The translations under genes and the position numbers were made by a program. A model generated the notes under the pieces. It had not been told where the DNA came from. It worked only from the letters and a program-made list of their open reading frames with translations, and ran no database searches. A stretch of DNA of 64,000 bases from an uncultured virus (IMG/VR IMGVR_UViG_3300027804_000061). Taxonomy: Duplodnaviria > Heunggongvirae > Uroviricota > Caudoviricetes. Below, one piece after another: positions 49,301-56,962 of the stretch (position 1 is its first letter; every line of letters starts with the position of its first letter). The stretch is taken from the IMG/VR virus record IMGVR_UViG_3300027804_000061; one strand, written 5' to 3'.

Positions 49301-52300
49301 AAGATTTTGCCAACAGTTTAATTAGAGGGTATTCTGCTCGTTTTGGATCCGGCACTGAAAATCGTGGATTGATTGGAGCTTTTGAAGATGGATCGCAGGC
49401 AATCAAAAATCGCATTTCGGGAATTGCTACTTTTGCATCGGAAAAGAGTCAGCAATTTCTTCAAATGGGTCAGGAATTTGCGGAAAACGGTTTTGGCAAC
49501 TTGAGAAGATCAGAAGTTGGCAAATTTGCCAGATCCGCTATTTCAGAAGTAATTGGATTTGGAAACAGAGCCAACGCGTCTATTTCTGCTTTTGTTCGTC
49601 CTGTTTTGATGAACGCTAAATATCAAATCAAATCAGCAAATCAGTTTATTCAAGACACGTCAAGAAGTATTTTTAGCAACGTTCAAAAAGAAATTGAAAA
49701 CTTTCCGGTTGTTGCTCCTTTGGTTGCATCTGTTTTTGCTAAAAAAATAAGCGACGACCTATCAAAAACTCCTTTTGTTCGCAGACTTCGCTCGGTTGGA
49801 TCTTCTGTTAGATCTGAAGTAATTGGATTTGGAAACAGAGCTACTGCTTCTATTAACGCTTCTATCAAGCCTTTTTTAATTGCAGGCCGCACACAAGCAA
49901 AATCAGCAACAAGAGCCGTTGAAAAAGTAAAAAGCGGAATTCGAGATGCAGGTTTTGCAATGCAAACAGCTGCTCAAAACATCTGGTATGGCAACGATTA
50001 TCCTAACGGAAAAGAAGAAACAGAAGAAGGATTTTTGAAAGTAAACAAAGCTTTGGAAGAGGCAAAAGCGAGAGAAGTAACAATTAATTCCGCCGCCGGA
50101 AACGAAAAAGGCACAAAAACGTATCCGATTGGAGAAGATGACGAAGCTGTTCAGTCTTTGAACAGAATTTCAGAATCCGGATACGCCACAGAAGGCGACA
50201 TTGATCAGGCCATGGAAGCTATACAAAACAGCCCTTCCATGAAAAACGCCGGCATCACGCGAGAAGACGTTCGCGGGTATTTCAATGCAAGAGCAATTGA
50301 ATCCAGAGGAGGTCTTAAGAAAGGAGGATTGAATCGAATTGTTCAGTCTGCAATAAATTACACAAAGCAGGATTTTGAAGCAGTAAAAAACTTTGCATCC
50401 AAGTCAATTAATTTTGCTTCTGAATCAATCAACTCTCTAAAAACCAGAATTGTTGAGGGAGAAGCGCCTTCTTTTGAGCAGTCTGCAGAGTATTTTTCCA
50501 ACAAAAAGATGTATGACTCAATGTCAGACGACGATGTGTCTGATTCTATGCGGTCAACAAAAAGATATTTTGAAGGAAAAACAGGTTTGCGCGGAATGAT
50601 TAATCATTCCATTCCGGAAGGCATTGAAAAAATTAAAGACAAAGTTTCTTCTGCTTTTTCTTCAACAGTTGCTGCGTCTGAAAAAACAGGAGGAAATCTT
50701 CAAAGAGGCATTCAACGATTGTTGTGGGGCGAATCTTCTGTAAACAAATGGAGCCCAGACATGTCAGATGCTGACATTGCATCCGAAATGGAAAAAGACA
50801 ACGTATCGGGTGGAATTGTTGACAATAAATTCGGCGGCGTTTTGGGGACGTTGTACAACATCGGTGAATCTGCAAAAAAATCTATGTTTGGAAACAAAGG
50901 TTTCATGGAATATTTCATGGGCATAGATTTGATTGGAAAAGGAGTAAACGCAGCTAAGTCGGCGGCGACTTCTTTTGTGGGAGCAGCAAGAGTTGCCGGG
51001 AAAAAGATTATGGATTCTGCACTGGGCAGGCCGCTTCGCGCCGCCGCCCGTGTTTTTGACAGAGCGGTTTTTGAGGCAAAAGGCGTGTACAGCGGCGTGA
51101 CAGGGAAAAAGACGTACACGAAATTTGGCAAAGGAATTCACTCTCTCAGAAGAAGATTTGGTCTCAAAAATGAAGGAGATTACCGCGTCAACAAAAAACG
51201 GGGAGAAACAAAAATATCTGCTATTGAACGCGTTTTGGGAGAAAAAGGAGTTGCGCTAAAAGACGCCACCAAAGAACAGATAGATTGGGCGCGCACGGTT
51301 CTTGGCAGAAGAGGAAATCCAGACACTCCATTTCCAGAAGGTTCTGCAAAACCTGAAAAACCCGCTGAAAAAACAGATGCGGAATTGGAAAAAGAATCCG
51401 GAGAAAAAGCAGATTCCGCTCTTGCAATGCTGGACGACGAGCGCCCTGAAACAAGCGTGGAAGGTTCAGACAGCGCCGCAACGGATTCAACGCCCGCAGG
51501 AGATCCAGGAAAAACTGCAGCCACTGTTGACGAAGAAGAAGCAAAAAGCGATGCGCAAATTCAGGAAATGCTGAAAACCATGTTCCCTGACGGCAGCATG
51601 GGAACTGTGTACAGCGGCAACATTGAAGGAGAAGGATCCAGAAAGACAGATGTTGCAACTATGTTCCGAGGCATGCTGTTTGGTCAGTACAAAATGTCGC
51701 AAAAACTTGGCGGCGGAGTAGGCGGCATTCTTGGCGGCATGTTTGGCGGAAGCAGAAAAGGCGCATCTGGAAAGTGGAAATTTTCTCCGGCAGCCATGCG
51801 AAGACTGTTTACCAAAAAAGTCAAAGATGACAAAGGCGTTGAAAGCACTGTTGCTCGAAATGACTTTGAAGACGACAGCGGAAACTTGAAGCTTCCGGGC
51901 TGGTCCAATGAAGACATTTCAAAGATGCTGGGGAGCCACGAAATTGGCTCCAAAGAAGCAGAAGGAATTTCTCATTTGCAGGCGGTAAACGCACGAGGTC
52001 ACCGTGCAACGCTTGAAAACTTTGACCAGGGCGTCAAATTCCTGGAAACAGAGCTTTCAAAAGCGGCTCCTGGAAGTGCGGAAAACGAAGGCATTGCCAA
52101 CATGTTGAAAACAGTTCGCAACATGCGCAACGCCAAAATGATTATGGGCGGCAGAACTTCTGCTACAACCATAAGCGGTTTGACGCACGATCAAGTTATT
52201 GAAAAAGCCGGTGCTCTAAATGCTTCTGTTCAAGACAACGATAAATACACGGCAGATTTTAAGAAAAACATGAAAGCTTTTACAGACGAATTGGTCAAAG

Positions 52301-55300
52301 GATCAAACGTCATGAAAGGCTTGAATGAAAATATTGACAAACTAACTGCAACAACAACAAAAGCGTATGAAACGGTAAAAAGCGTTGCAGAGACAAGAGA
52401 CAGAATGAGGCAGCATGCCGACACTCTTGAAAAAGCCGGATACGGATCTACTGAAGAAGGCAGACAAGCCATTGCTCTTGCAAGAGAAAAACAGTACGAA
52501 GCACAGTCTCAGCTGAACAAAGGAAGTGATTTGTACGAATCCATTCGTTCAAAACATGGAGACAAGGTTGCTGATGAGTATTTTGCGGAATTTGGCGCTT
52601 CTAAATCCAAAAGAACGCTGGCGCAAAGATTTAAAGATCCTATGACTGCCATGTTTGCTTCTCATTTTGTAAGAGACATGGGCATGGCTATTCGTGAAGG
52701 CATTATGCCAACCGTAAACAAAGCCACTGAATACGGAATGACAGTAGACAGAGAAAGAGAATATCTTGCCCGTGTTGGAGATTCTTCTGGAAGAATAAAT
52801 GATCCCGGCTCTCAATTTCTTGACGTTAGACAAAATTGGAATCGTGGAATGGCAAGAGATTCTGCTAATGCCATAGCCGGGCTTGGACAAAATAATTCTC
52901 TTTCTTTTCTTAGAGGAGCCAATCAAGCGTTGGAGCCAGGAATTAGCCTGGGCATGGGGCTTGCAGGATTGAACGCTGCAGGAATTACCACGCTGGGAGG
53001 ACCCGCAATTCTTGGTCTTGCTGCTCTTGCTACGGCGGCTACAACTGCTGCTTACACGCATGGAGCAGCAAGAAATCCAAAAGAAATGGCAGTCGCCAGT
53101 CTTATTGGCGAATCTGGCGGCAACCCGTTTGAAAGAAGTTTGTTTACAGGTCTTGCTCATTTGTTTTCTGGAGACAAAGAAAAAAACAATATTAGTCTTG
53201 AAGAAGCCAAAGCAAGAGTAAATCTTTCTCAGGAAACGCTTGACAATCTTAGCAAAGCTATTGAGAAAGAAAGACAGAGAAATCCAGAAAGCAAAATTAC
53301 TGATATAGAGCGCGAAGGCGGTGGGTATTACAGACAAGAAATTCCTACAGCTATGACGGTTGAGCAATTTAATATAGCAAGGCCTTCGGAGCATTTTGTA
53401 AGAGATGGTGTTGTTTATAGAGAACAAACAACTTATTTTGAAGGAAATCTTTCCGAGTTTCGTGAAAAAGAAAAACAAGAGCAAAAATCAAATATTGAAA
53501 GATTTGAAAAACAAAAAAAATCTGCAGAATTTGATAATTTTGAAGCGCGATTGGCAAAGCGTTCTGCTGAACAAACGGATGTAGATAGGGCAAGCATTAG
53601 TGGGTATACGGGGAAAATGGCCTCGTTTGACAGCAGCGACAATCTTGATGATCTTCCTTTCCAGAAATCTTTGAGTTCTGGTGCGCTTGATTTGTTTAGA
53701 GAATCTCAATCTGGAGAAGGTTTGATTAGTCCTTATGTGGAATATTTCAAATCTAAGGGAGTAAACAACCAGGAAGAACGAAACAAAATTTTGGCTATTG
53801 CTCAAATATTTGCAGGAGATCCTGGATCAAAAAGATATACAGCGTTTTTTACTGCTGCAACAGACAGATCTGCCGCTGGTGAAAACAACGACGTAACTTT
53901 GCAAATGACCCATGAATACGGAAAAGCGGTTGGAGCAAGGGGGTTTTACGCAGGATCAAAGTATTTTGCAGATCGGTCTAAAACAGGAACACTGCTTACT
54001 CAAGCTCAAATTGAAGACGCAACAGAAAACGCAAGATCAATGAATGCGGAGCAATATATTGCTGCTGTAACCATGCAAACCGGAGCCGGCTTTAATAAAG
54101 TTGTAGCCGGATTTGAAAACTCTATTTTTAGAGATGCTCATTCCACTCCTGTAGGAGCGTTTTACGGTCAACTTGAATATGCAAAAAACATGCAGAAATT
54201 CGATCTGGAAAGATTGAATAGTGAAGGACAGTCAATTCGCCCGCTGGACATTGACAAAATCATGTCTGCAAACATGGAACAAGTTGCAGATGTTTCAGAA
54301 TGGATGCGGTCCGGAAGATACGACATTGCTGCAATGTCAAAAATCAGTGAAAGACCAAAAGACAAGGGAGCGTACGTAAAATCTGCAGCTTTGTCACAAA
54401 TGTTTCAGGAAAACGCATCTGGTTTTGGCAGACTAAGCAAAGTGCTTAGCAGCTCGTTTATGGAAGCAGCAATGTCAGAGCCTACTGGACAAGTTGCCAA
54501 AATGCTTTCTGGTGTTGCCAATGGAGATGCTTTTTCTACTTCTGCGTTGTATCAAACGTTTAATCAAATGAATCCGGAAACAAAAAGAGCGCTTGTTTCC
54601 AGCGGGTTGTCTCCTTTGTTTGATATGAGCACGGGTGATCAGATATTCAAATCATCCATGAACGGGCTTGTATACAACACGTTCAGATCGGAAACATCAG
54701 GAAGCCTTGGATACGGACAGCAGGCAACGTTTTCTATGGTTCCAGATCTTGCTGCAATTGTTCATCCCGATCAAAGCGCAATGTCTGAAACGCAGTATCT
54801 GCGGCTGGCTGGTCAAAATGTTGACAAAATTACTGCATATTGGGATCAGCAAAACCAAATGAGCCCAATGGCAAGCCGCAGAAACATGAGTGCGGCGGAC
54901 AAAAAAAGAGTTAGCAGCACTCTTGCCGGCATAACCAAAAAAGTCATGGTTAACGGAGAAGCCAAATACATTGCTGGACCGGCTGCTTTGCAAATGGATG
55001 CAAACGCAGCAGCAATTCAATCTCAGCTTGCGTCTGCGGGCGCGACTTATGCAAATCTTGTGCTTCAGCATGAATACGAACTCGCATACGAACGTCCAGA
55101 TGCGCGTTATCAGCTTGCTCAGCAATACGCTTCTTTCTTTGGAGGAAAAGTAACATCTCCGTTTTCAAAGACAAAAAGAACGCCTCGCAAATCCGGAGAT
55201 CTGGATCAGGACATGAGCGGCGGCGTAGAAGCGCAGCTTGATTTTGGGCGCGGCCAGATGGAATATCAGCGTCTTGAAATGGACATTCAAAGACGAGACA

Positions 55301-56523
55301 TGGTTGCAAACTTTGCACAAAACATGACTCGTATGGGATGGCAGGCGCAGGATGCATATCGAGAAAGAGCCAGAACGCTTACAAGAGCAGGTTGGCAGCG
55401 CGAGGACTTTGATCTTCAGCGCAGTCAGATTTCTATGGGCCGCGACATGCAGTCGTACAGCTTTGGCTTTCAAGCCAGAGAAATGGCCATTGGGAAACAG
55501 CAGTACAACGAAGATTTTGCCTACAACAAGAGAATGCGGCAAATGCAGTTTGGTTGGCAGATGGAAGATGCGGACACCAACATTCGCCGCGCTACTGGAT
55601 TTGAACGCAAGCAGTTGATTAAAGGCAAAGAGCGAGAGGTCATTTCATTCAACGAAGAAACGCAGCAGAATGAAAAAGTAAACAAGCGGCAGCAGGAAGC
55701 GTTTAAGAGAGAAGAAGAAAAGTTCAAAAAAGAAATTGATCATTACAAAAAATCAATTCAGCTTGAAGATGAACAATTCAACAAATCTGTTGAAAGATTT
55801 GAGCAGGAACAAAAGTGGCAGGAAGAAGATTTCAACATTCAAGCCGGACGTCTGATGCAGGAACAGGCGTGGGCGGAAGAATCTTTTGCAAGACAGATGG
55901 AAAGATTCAATCTTGAAACTGAGCAGTTTGAACTTCAGAAAAATAATCAGCAGATTCTTGCAGATGATGCAGCAGTAAAACAAGAAGCAGCGTTTGCTCT
56001 TGCTGACAAAACGTATCAGCACAGTCTTGCTGCGGCTGGAGCTGCGGCTCACGCGGCAAAACTTGCCGCAGAAGCGCAGGATCATATGGAACGTGCTGGA
56101 ATTACAGTTGAACAAATGACTCTTGCCATGCAAAAATTTGCAGAAGGCACAAAATGGGAAGAAGTCTCAAAGGCAATGGACAACATCATTCGAATGTACA
56201 AAATGGTCAACAACATTCCTGATGATCCAAATTCCGGGCAAAAAACACCAGGAATGCAGCAAAACGCAAATGGAGGATACTTTAATCACAATCAAAGCGT
56301 TCTCGTGGGAGAACGCGGTCCGGAAATTATCACTACTGACAACAAAGGACGCCCGTTTGTCATTCCCAACAGCGCAATTCCCAGAGGACGATCGTCTTCT
56401 TCCGGATCTGGCGAAGTGATTCACATCCATGTCATGATGGACAGTGACGAAATTGCTACATACACTGCCGGCAAAGCCAACACACTGGCTTCCAGAAACA
56501 GAAGGAGAGCATTCAATGGCTAA
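37345..56523 (+). CDS. giant tape measure protein fused to a putative virion RNA polymerase and other enzymatic domains (6392 aa)
   Basis: TMP position; aromatic-periodic repeats at about 49-51 kb; C-terminal coiled coil and ANGG...LVGERGPE motif; internal RYP/GDDDGD, GTPD...YDAK, HD and two HExxH motifs. Confidence 0.85.
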   Translation: MTNPPDQSPRRLRIKQSVNHQHLSAVERDLVDRVNRQIGPNFQAKIVLRPSATRVEVAKRKKNDQFSVPGTSKTVDPEAGKHLREKVLVVSQVDTNGATVRETHFKLETASVMGPDLRSGNLYAQHDMVAVQNVIMTPTMVLNDTSRSRLPVIADKHSALTGDQFLSSADVAVRTIVGSIKHQSNSTMHDRFSELTQHYPTVAPDYRGITQLAGPHLDPNQSKMAAGLTAYVSVERGPGMQQSVFDALTSSDNLANSGYQEGASASTHAGFQAKERRHVPNKNAVLIIHSAASMQGGLRGSVGMGKDSEGNPTTLTSMKENTAESAGKSKTERKKSAEKQLQKREAVSQRQGIIPQNVNPLVSAQYREKTGAVPAEGFLGVLMFGSKVMAPGGVDEKGNPLPEYAAHMDAVGSGGMVGSFDAYRMRGESAFADEITLMPRSANIRDLRIVAGRGAFVPASGGVIATWGQSAITGETIETRMPNMGNRGGVKITSHILSFGNDELSARHIHDLIQSPDVTLSYIHGLIKDPDSTKKGHAKFKERIELEQKAIKNLNSILKSSVEKEYAAIDRTSMSPEDIAQLEKDKQEDIRASVIKYDKKAVGGKREDTALISSTSYIQTPDSMKGGGFKAMLGHVETDPRSQEIIKSVLNGRAPHEISEQEINEVILPKFVSEFGLKKGRNQQISDVALQTLVGNSVKNVLFGKGWQKLQQDKDIEEISQRNISDAQKSRLIKQIKRGKRAPLTPVLVMTHDEIKYTRDLHLRTILTYLQQSAPDSPIGSGTAPDSAVARHIKSMGEMIRSEYRTTGSSASGMDQEREIEENIRFLGTTEKEASESYERRNKAFSNIVTNAMDYGGRPWILTSFPHVNSEPMGTTNMVNAPFARAITKVSPELRDYLRKNNTASKKISQMLAPESWSEDEAVDITAEDFRTLIPSERAADEHERFEAVKRIYDNAVKRRKSTKNAAMRLTIGTDEKGNPKQIVLASPYAFSSLERSDPGTTLTRLVEKVQNRGASTATIEQLEVIHRKAVQQYAQSDAGQKRMQNFSGEGVNAMALRYVSSPDASPGKVLVGNQDVDSVASGFGISSKQMIRAMRSGQKFHVYVQRYPQSEGSGAWYELEYRKKYKGAIAVPTEANSQFAGDDDGDLANFMAGFRPVTYRKNGKMSTEFVPLPGVEQAVIDQGSAKVTALNRFASFYGFKELKSRIEEARSQVEKYMTDQLEHTQEFQDHMTATYGKIDAAKDPEMYKRAFETERDRRAVDAMVSGFNFVSETTNRGYHVRKLNLEFAGKEQNTQLDAETKMVPVRAGETKGDRASIISNALGQYAVESAPQVIAHQSAGEGAAKRDMGIYTIVKSLQYTAETPEHLKAIEKASFDIYGENPIEGLGRSIRPHQNPYASASSQALSDLDWIYQRALDMLPKHEETKNFTKSFFVSDINTSEDLFKRKEMTENMLASFLLAEEVTPIAIGATFARRGNADQIKFITESAQSIKDEIDKKRKESGKEVTLSDLRQIQKFNSIIDGHGFDTTAYAEDANSAVAATITHQSYINTIARINSGKYDDATVDQKEKINDALKSYLGKIISNPGTFRKDWETVASMSREKDPTGFWSQAVDQAGGMEHLTNMDPVSIADMFGIKLEIPETPGEKDRQMGKRMIDLNSFASNPVEAFAKLTGFGTDMIHPDISVDDETQSKYRQAMGNARSINSSGKIEEGKPRGFNARASSIQSIVSFPDNEKDPRRAAYQFADVGSQIYKSSAVFEIMNQMAVDLLAGNRTNTAMFRDESLPHGFANLSLGKNEYTIFQQTNQQMRGGNRFEEDLRRQLIDAMNNAAEESLKPGSTRTKPTQGFLHMSGISLSALDEPSGMFFSGTPDFFRMIGEKPKGEDGWQLNLQVYDAKSTSVGKALRNLGFSIEDIEDVTRDKLNDVGLSDDFGVYSGQISSYVYLAQKMAKKMRNDAAKAAGRALEKKKKPSSSDPFSDMEDDAEEEGSDVEFTGSFKDLDIEGVNVKSKYAQHINRLTEMLSEQKVRMFNGEGNEMTHREIAIGMAEAMAAGRIEEGGVIVGNTDKSGKRLFTDSKVLGKINASGLTIKTLLQNNLILSSRRLPASGPQSVEGMLRAFPRKAKQIAASDAGLRALGFMYHAIGLAMMNKNELLGRNRETGQIDENGTYADLSPLFGVLRENLSADPVAIRSGFSANGNPFGDDEPATPSGYRRSWTTEDEEADETASVLSTMMQHSQLNAQQISSMEYILRGFARKADKTGSISVQKDGNAIVGRSAKPVAGKFNYLLGDKADELREAVTYKNSANENVIADDIALREAIIGASAEYGNDGKTTSVDSSIQDKYMLSGGVRTNRLSYISTHARNVLNPYSNKEDAREILKERLAAQAESIQKLHKQAELFDADDYAKLTDMPRSVDDLSNAAIAELIHNRSMSFHQKLMDRYHPQYEEIGESSIRFDNNSLVGYDPKTGQIGVRDEQIENKVTAFRLNSRMFSIGGMMESAQMVMMRMAYASLQTMDKEGKELKRVFNQKTNEELDDILNPSGESKRNKTKAARASRARSEGIGKKLASLAKSFTKRSKHIYTSKDFAQMPKGGAGINDTNFWFQTPVTNQYEGVGAFSTQSDHRSWFVSHHLKPMHAIAKGLMEMGIRSNQWKKENVDEEILMGILMTHDLMKAKTTRGDLRKKDKEAAAGRKYDPEEDKTPAFDMLLKMGMSKEKAEKVKQYLSDMDAVKDPKWWEKDQKDQDGNPISIEDKIKSLSPEVRIASTADAISHRTKGRHGFLNIFSRLTNRAKDKPSTLQKIAESNKNKSSKDSRKILMDIGDVKRSEVMSDAREAYDPITDETYVSGFASDIAQGLINKFGDEQTKSIFDKIKNAFGDKSKFSTIDPATGEMKPFNRTGKMRGGRLCKGDIDIVGEVEKESVFSKENGEMIVEPGTKRNKKETVGEFGQEIISPGEDGELYVSPNSAIKRKDSESYRSQQRIRFGFGIGRHEGGPVQKETGAVVGETSEENWETELYKLAFSSVSKEFDTTESIKHAYRKELEKTLYKDDEAITTRGNVVGLGTGKSKPEKDLGIKAEYIELPKNIFPNKIISWSNWQKDVARKTESHLFVDENNVPEIDILSFLKDYFSKDFSEMPEFNYSDEPEEIGLAGFYRFTGDKNKKGEIVLNKNLEKSFGVEGLFVGLHELGHFAHFSSIGFDKNHPDWGYSRNKIIKKELVANKFAKHYGKKIIADEPTLSLFNQRVLLAQSDYEKYVDDYISSGFDWNKVAHADGGLVKKDRSYVVGEHETEEYARLVKEGYGLDEAGPNEGIRPIPLGGFRSISENLLGVEAEGVEVHTEGPAAGRAKYAEWAAKIAKRAHGTSLGVDVFDMVRSHYGDILKYLPTMRVSDKSRDSYMQEVVGKHSSFYRSPLPHWGKLFRAGKNTPKDDAENYAGVVIAPVSANNSVEHLAILSHEIGHYEDDFAHGFAEGTTGKPSWRDPESYEKWMETEARASINAMKNLKQLLDPEKYRLASQTLLRTQVLYERTFDLQESSMRGETFDDVKNTYVSYREKAKVRRSSARAEGGPVESGSSYVAGELEKETYKGPAVSRQGGWVEKDGIEQWDPSAGDILPISQQEYMRAWEESEKGFFVTRDQGIALRKAPTNRYEDFSSEWNKAGYFRFWDPLRAMGEVAGIGARKLGAAASVPFGLGIGFGIGAFNFFKGIRFSMPQGKGFRFPKISLPKFSFDIRMPKWAGMELGFKSGNGGRFSFSLPKIKFPKFNFFPGPDQNKRALHRGMLQDSWDLSMERDRRKEELAQSWASQVEGIGAPYDEELMKSQDEELKNLNSYVDISPYLREKYKDYRRSSGEKRDSVVSDILGKINQGLEADSQWSKEDVSGFMEVERWKRGGARTGLIGGLIGIGQNAVRDFAVDAVDFAKSVPDLAQKAAGFAKGKIESIGNAFSGFREKVGNRIESFASGFRAFSSRVLNTSKDVFGTAQDFANSLIRGYSARFGSGTENRGLIGAFEDGSQAIKNRISGIATFASEKSQQFLQMGQEFAENGFGNLRRSEVGKFARSAISEVIGFGNRANASISAFVRPVLMNAKYQIKSANQFIQDTSRSIFSNVQKEIENFPVVAPLVASVFAKKISDDLSKTPFVRRLRSVGSSVRSEVIGFGNRATASINASIKPFLIAGRTQAKSATRAVEKVKSGIRDAGFAMQTAAQNIWYGNDYPNGKEETEEGFLKVNKALEEAKAREVTINSAAGNEKGTKTYPIGEDDEAVQSLNRISESGYATEGDIDQAMEAIQNSPSMKNAGITREDVRGYFNARAIESRGGLKKGGLNRIVQSAINYTKQDFEAVKNFASKSINFASESINSLKTRIVEGEAPSFEQSAEYFSNKKMYDSMSDDDVSDSMRSTKRYFEGKTGLRGMINHSIPEGIEKIKDKVSSAFSSTVAASEKTGGNLQRGIQRLLWGESSVNKWSPDMSDADIASEMEKDNVSGGIVDNKFGGVLGTLYNIGESAKKSMFGNKGFMEYFMGIDLIGKGVNAAKSAATSFVGAARVAGKKIMDSALGRPLRAAARVFDRAVFEAKGVYSGVTGKKTYTKFGKGIHSLRRRFGLKNEGDYRVNKKRGETKISAIERVLGEKGVALKDATKEQIDWARTVLGRRGNPDTPFPEGSAKPEKPAEKTDAELEKESGEKADSALAMLDDERPETSVEGSDSAATDSTPAGDPGKTAATVDEEEAKSDAQIQEMLKTMFPDGSMGTVYSGNIEGEGSRKTDVATMFRGMLFGQYKMSQKLGGGVGGILGGMFGGSRKGASGKWKFSPAAMRRLFTKKVKDDKGVESTVARNDFEDDSGNLKLPGWSNEDISKMLGSHEIGSKEAEGISHLQAVNARGHRATLENFDQGVKFLETELSKAAPGSAENEGIANMLKTVRNMRNAKMIMGGRTSATTISGLTHDQVIEKAGALNASVQDNDKYTADFKKNMKAFTDELVKGSNVMKGLNENIDKLTATTTKAYETVKSVAETRDRMRQHADTLEKAGYGSTEEGRQAIALAREKQYEAQSQLNKGSDLYESIRSKHGDKVADEYFAEFGASKSKRTLAQRFKDPMTAMFASHFVRDMGMAIREGIMPTVNKATEYGMTVDREREYLARVGDSSGRINDPGSQFLDVRQNWNRGMARDSANAIAGLGQNNSLSFLRGANQALEPGISLGMGLAGLNAAGITTLGGPAILGLAALATAATTAAYTHGAARNPKEMAVASLIGESGGNPFERSLFTGLAHLFSGDKEKNNISLEEAKARVNLSQETLDNLSKAIEKERQRNPESKITDIEREGGGYYRQEIPTAMTVEQFNIARPSEHFVRDGVVYREQTTYFEGNLSEFREKEKQEQKSNIERFEKQKKSAEFDNFEARLAKRSAEQTDVDRASISGYTGKMASFDSSDNLDDLPFQKSLSSGALDLFRESQSGEGLISPYVEYFKSKGVNNQEERNKILAIAQIFAGDPGSKRYTAFFTAATDRSAAGENNDVTLQMTHEYGKAVGARGFYAGSKYFADRSKTGTLLTQAQIEDATENARSMNAEQYIAAVTMQTGAGFNKVVAGFENSIFRDAHSTPVGAFYGQLEYAKNMQKFDLERLNSEGQSIRPLDIDKIMSANMEQVADVSEWMRSGRYDIAAMSKISERPKDKGAYVKSAALSQMFQENASGFGRLSKVLSSSFMEAAMSEPTGQVAKMLSGVANGDAFSTSALYQTFNQMNPETKRALVSSGLSPLFDMSTGDQIFKSSMNGLVYNTFRSETSGSLGYGQQATFSMVPDLAAIVHPDQSAMSETQYLRLAGQNVDKITAYWDQQNQMSPMASRRNMSAADKKRVSSTLAGITKKVMVNGEAKYIAGPAALQMDANAAAIQSQLASAGATYANLVLQHEYELAYERPDARYQLAQQYASFFGGKVTSPFSKTKRTPRKSGDLDQDMSGGVEAQLDFGRGQMEYQRLEMDIQRRDMVANFAQNMTRMGWQAQDAYRERARTLTRAGWQREDFDLQRSQISMGRDMQSYSFGFQAREMAIGKQQYNEDFAYNKRMRQMQFGWQMEDADTNIRRATGFERKQLIKGKEREVISFNEETQQNEKVNKRQQEAFKREEEKFKKEIDHYKKSIQLEDEQFNKSVERFEQEQKWQEEDFNIQAGRLMQEQAWAEESFARQMERFNLETEQFELQKNNQQILADDAAVKQEAAFALADKTYQHSLAAAGAAAHAAKLAAEAQDHMERAGITVEQMTLAMQKFAEGTKWEEVSKAMDNIIRMYKMVNNIPDDPNSGQKTPGMQQNANGGYFNHNQSVLVGERGPEIITTDNKGRPFVIPNSAIPRGRSSSSGSGEVIHIHVMMDSDEIATYTAGKANTLASRNRRRAFNG

Positions 56524-56962
56524 TTCATACATTCAGGTAAAAGACGCAACGACAAACACGTACAAAAGAGTGTCCGTATTGTGGACTGATTTTTTGGAAG
56601 GCCCTGTTTCTCAACAGATTGTAGAAAGATCTGCAAACGGAAAACTTTTGGTTTCCATTGGAAAAACATACCGTTCCTGGAAAGGCGTATTTAAAATTGA
56701 CGCTATTCCCAAGAAATTTCCTGCAAATTGCACAACCAACTGCACGTGGGAATACGCAGGCAAAGCCGACATTGAAAAATGGTGTTCATCGGACAATCCT
56801 CTTCATCGCCAACTGACCATAAAAGACAATTACAACACACAGCATGAAGTTTTTATTGTGTCAACTGCTGAATTTCGTTACGCTTCTCCCGTTCCCGACG
56901 GCGTTGGATCTTTCTTTTTGATTCCTTTTGAAATGCAAACACAAACCGGAGTGAGTCTATGA
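56516..56962 (+). CDS. distal tail protein-like (putative)
   Basis: AAGGAG RBS; 148 aa, beta-rich, directly after the tape measure gene. Confidence 0.55.
   Translation: MANSYIQVKDATTNTYKRVSVLWTDFLEGPVSQQIVERSANGKLLVSIGKTYRSWKGVFKIDAIPKKFPANCTTNCTWEYAGKADIEKWCSSDNPLHRQLTIKDNYNTQHEVFIVSTAEFRYASPVPDGVGSFFLIPFEMQTQTGVSL

Noticed and set aside
37345..56523. Intein, intron or stop-codon recoding as the cause of the giant ORF
   Set aside because: The frame is open in the standard code, no intein junction or LAGLIDADG motifs were noticed, and genes elsewhere end normally at TAA, TAG and TGA.
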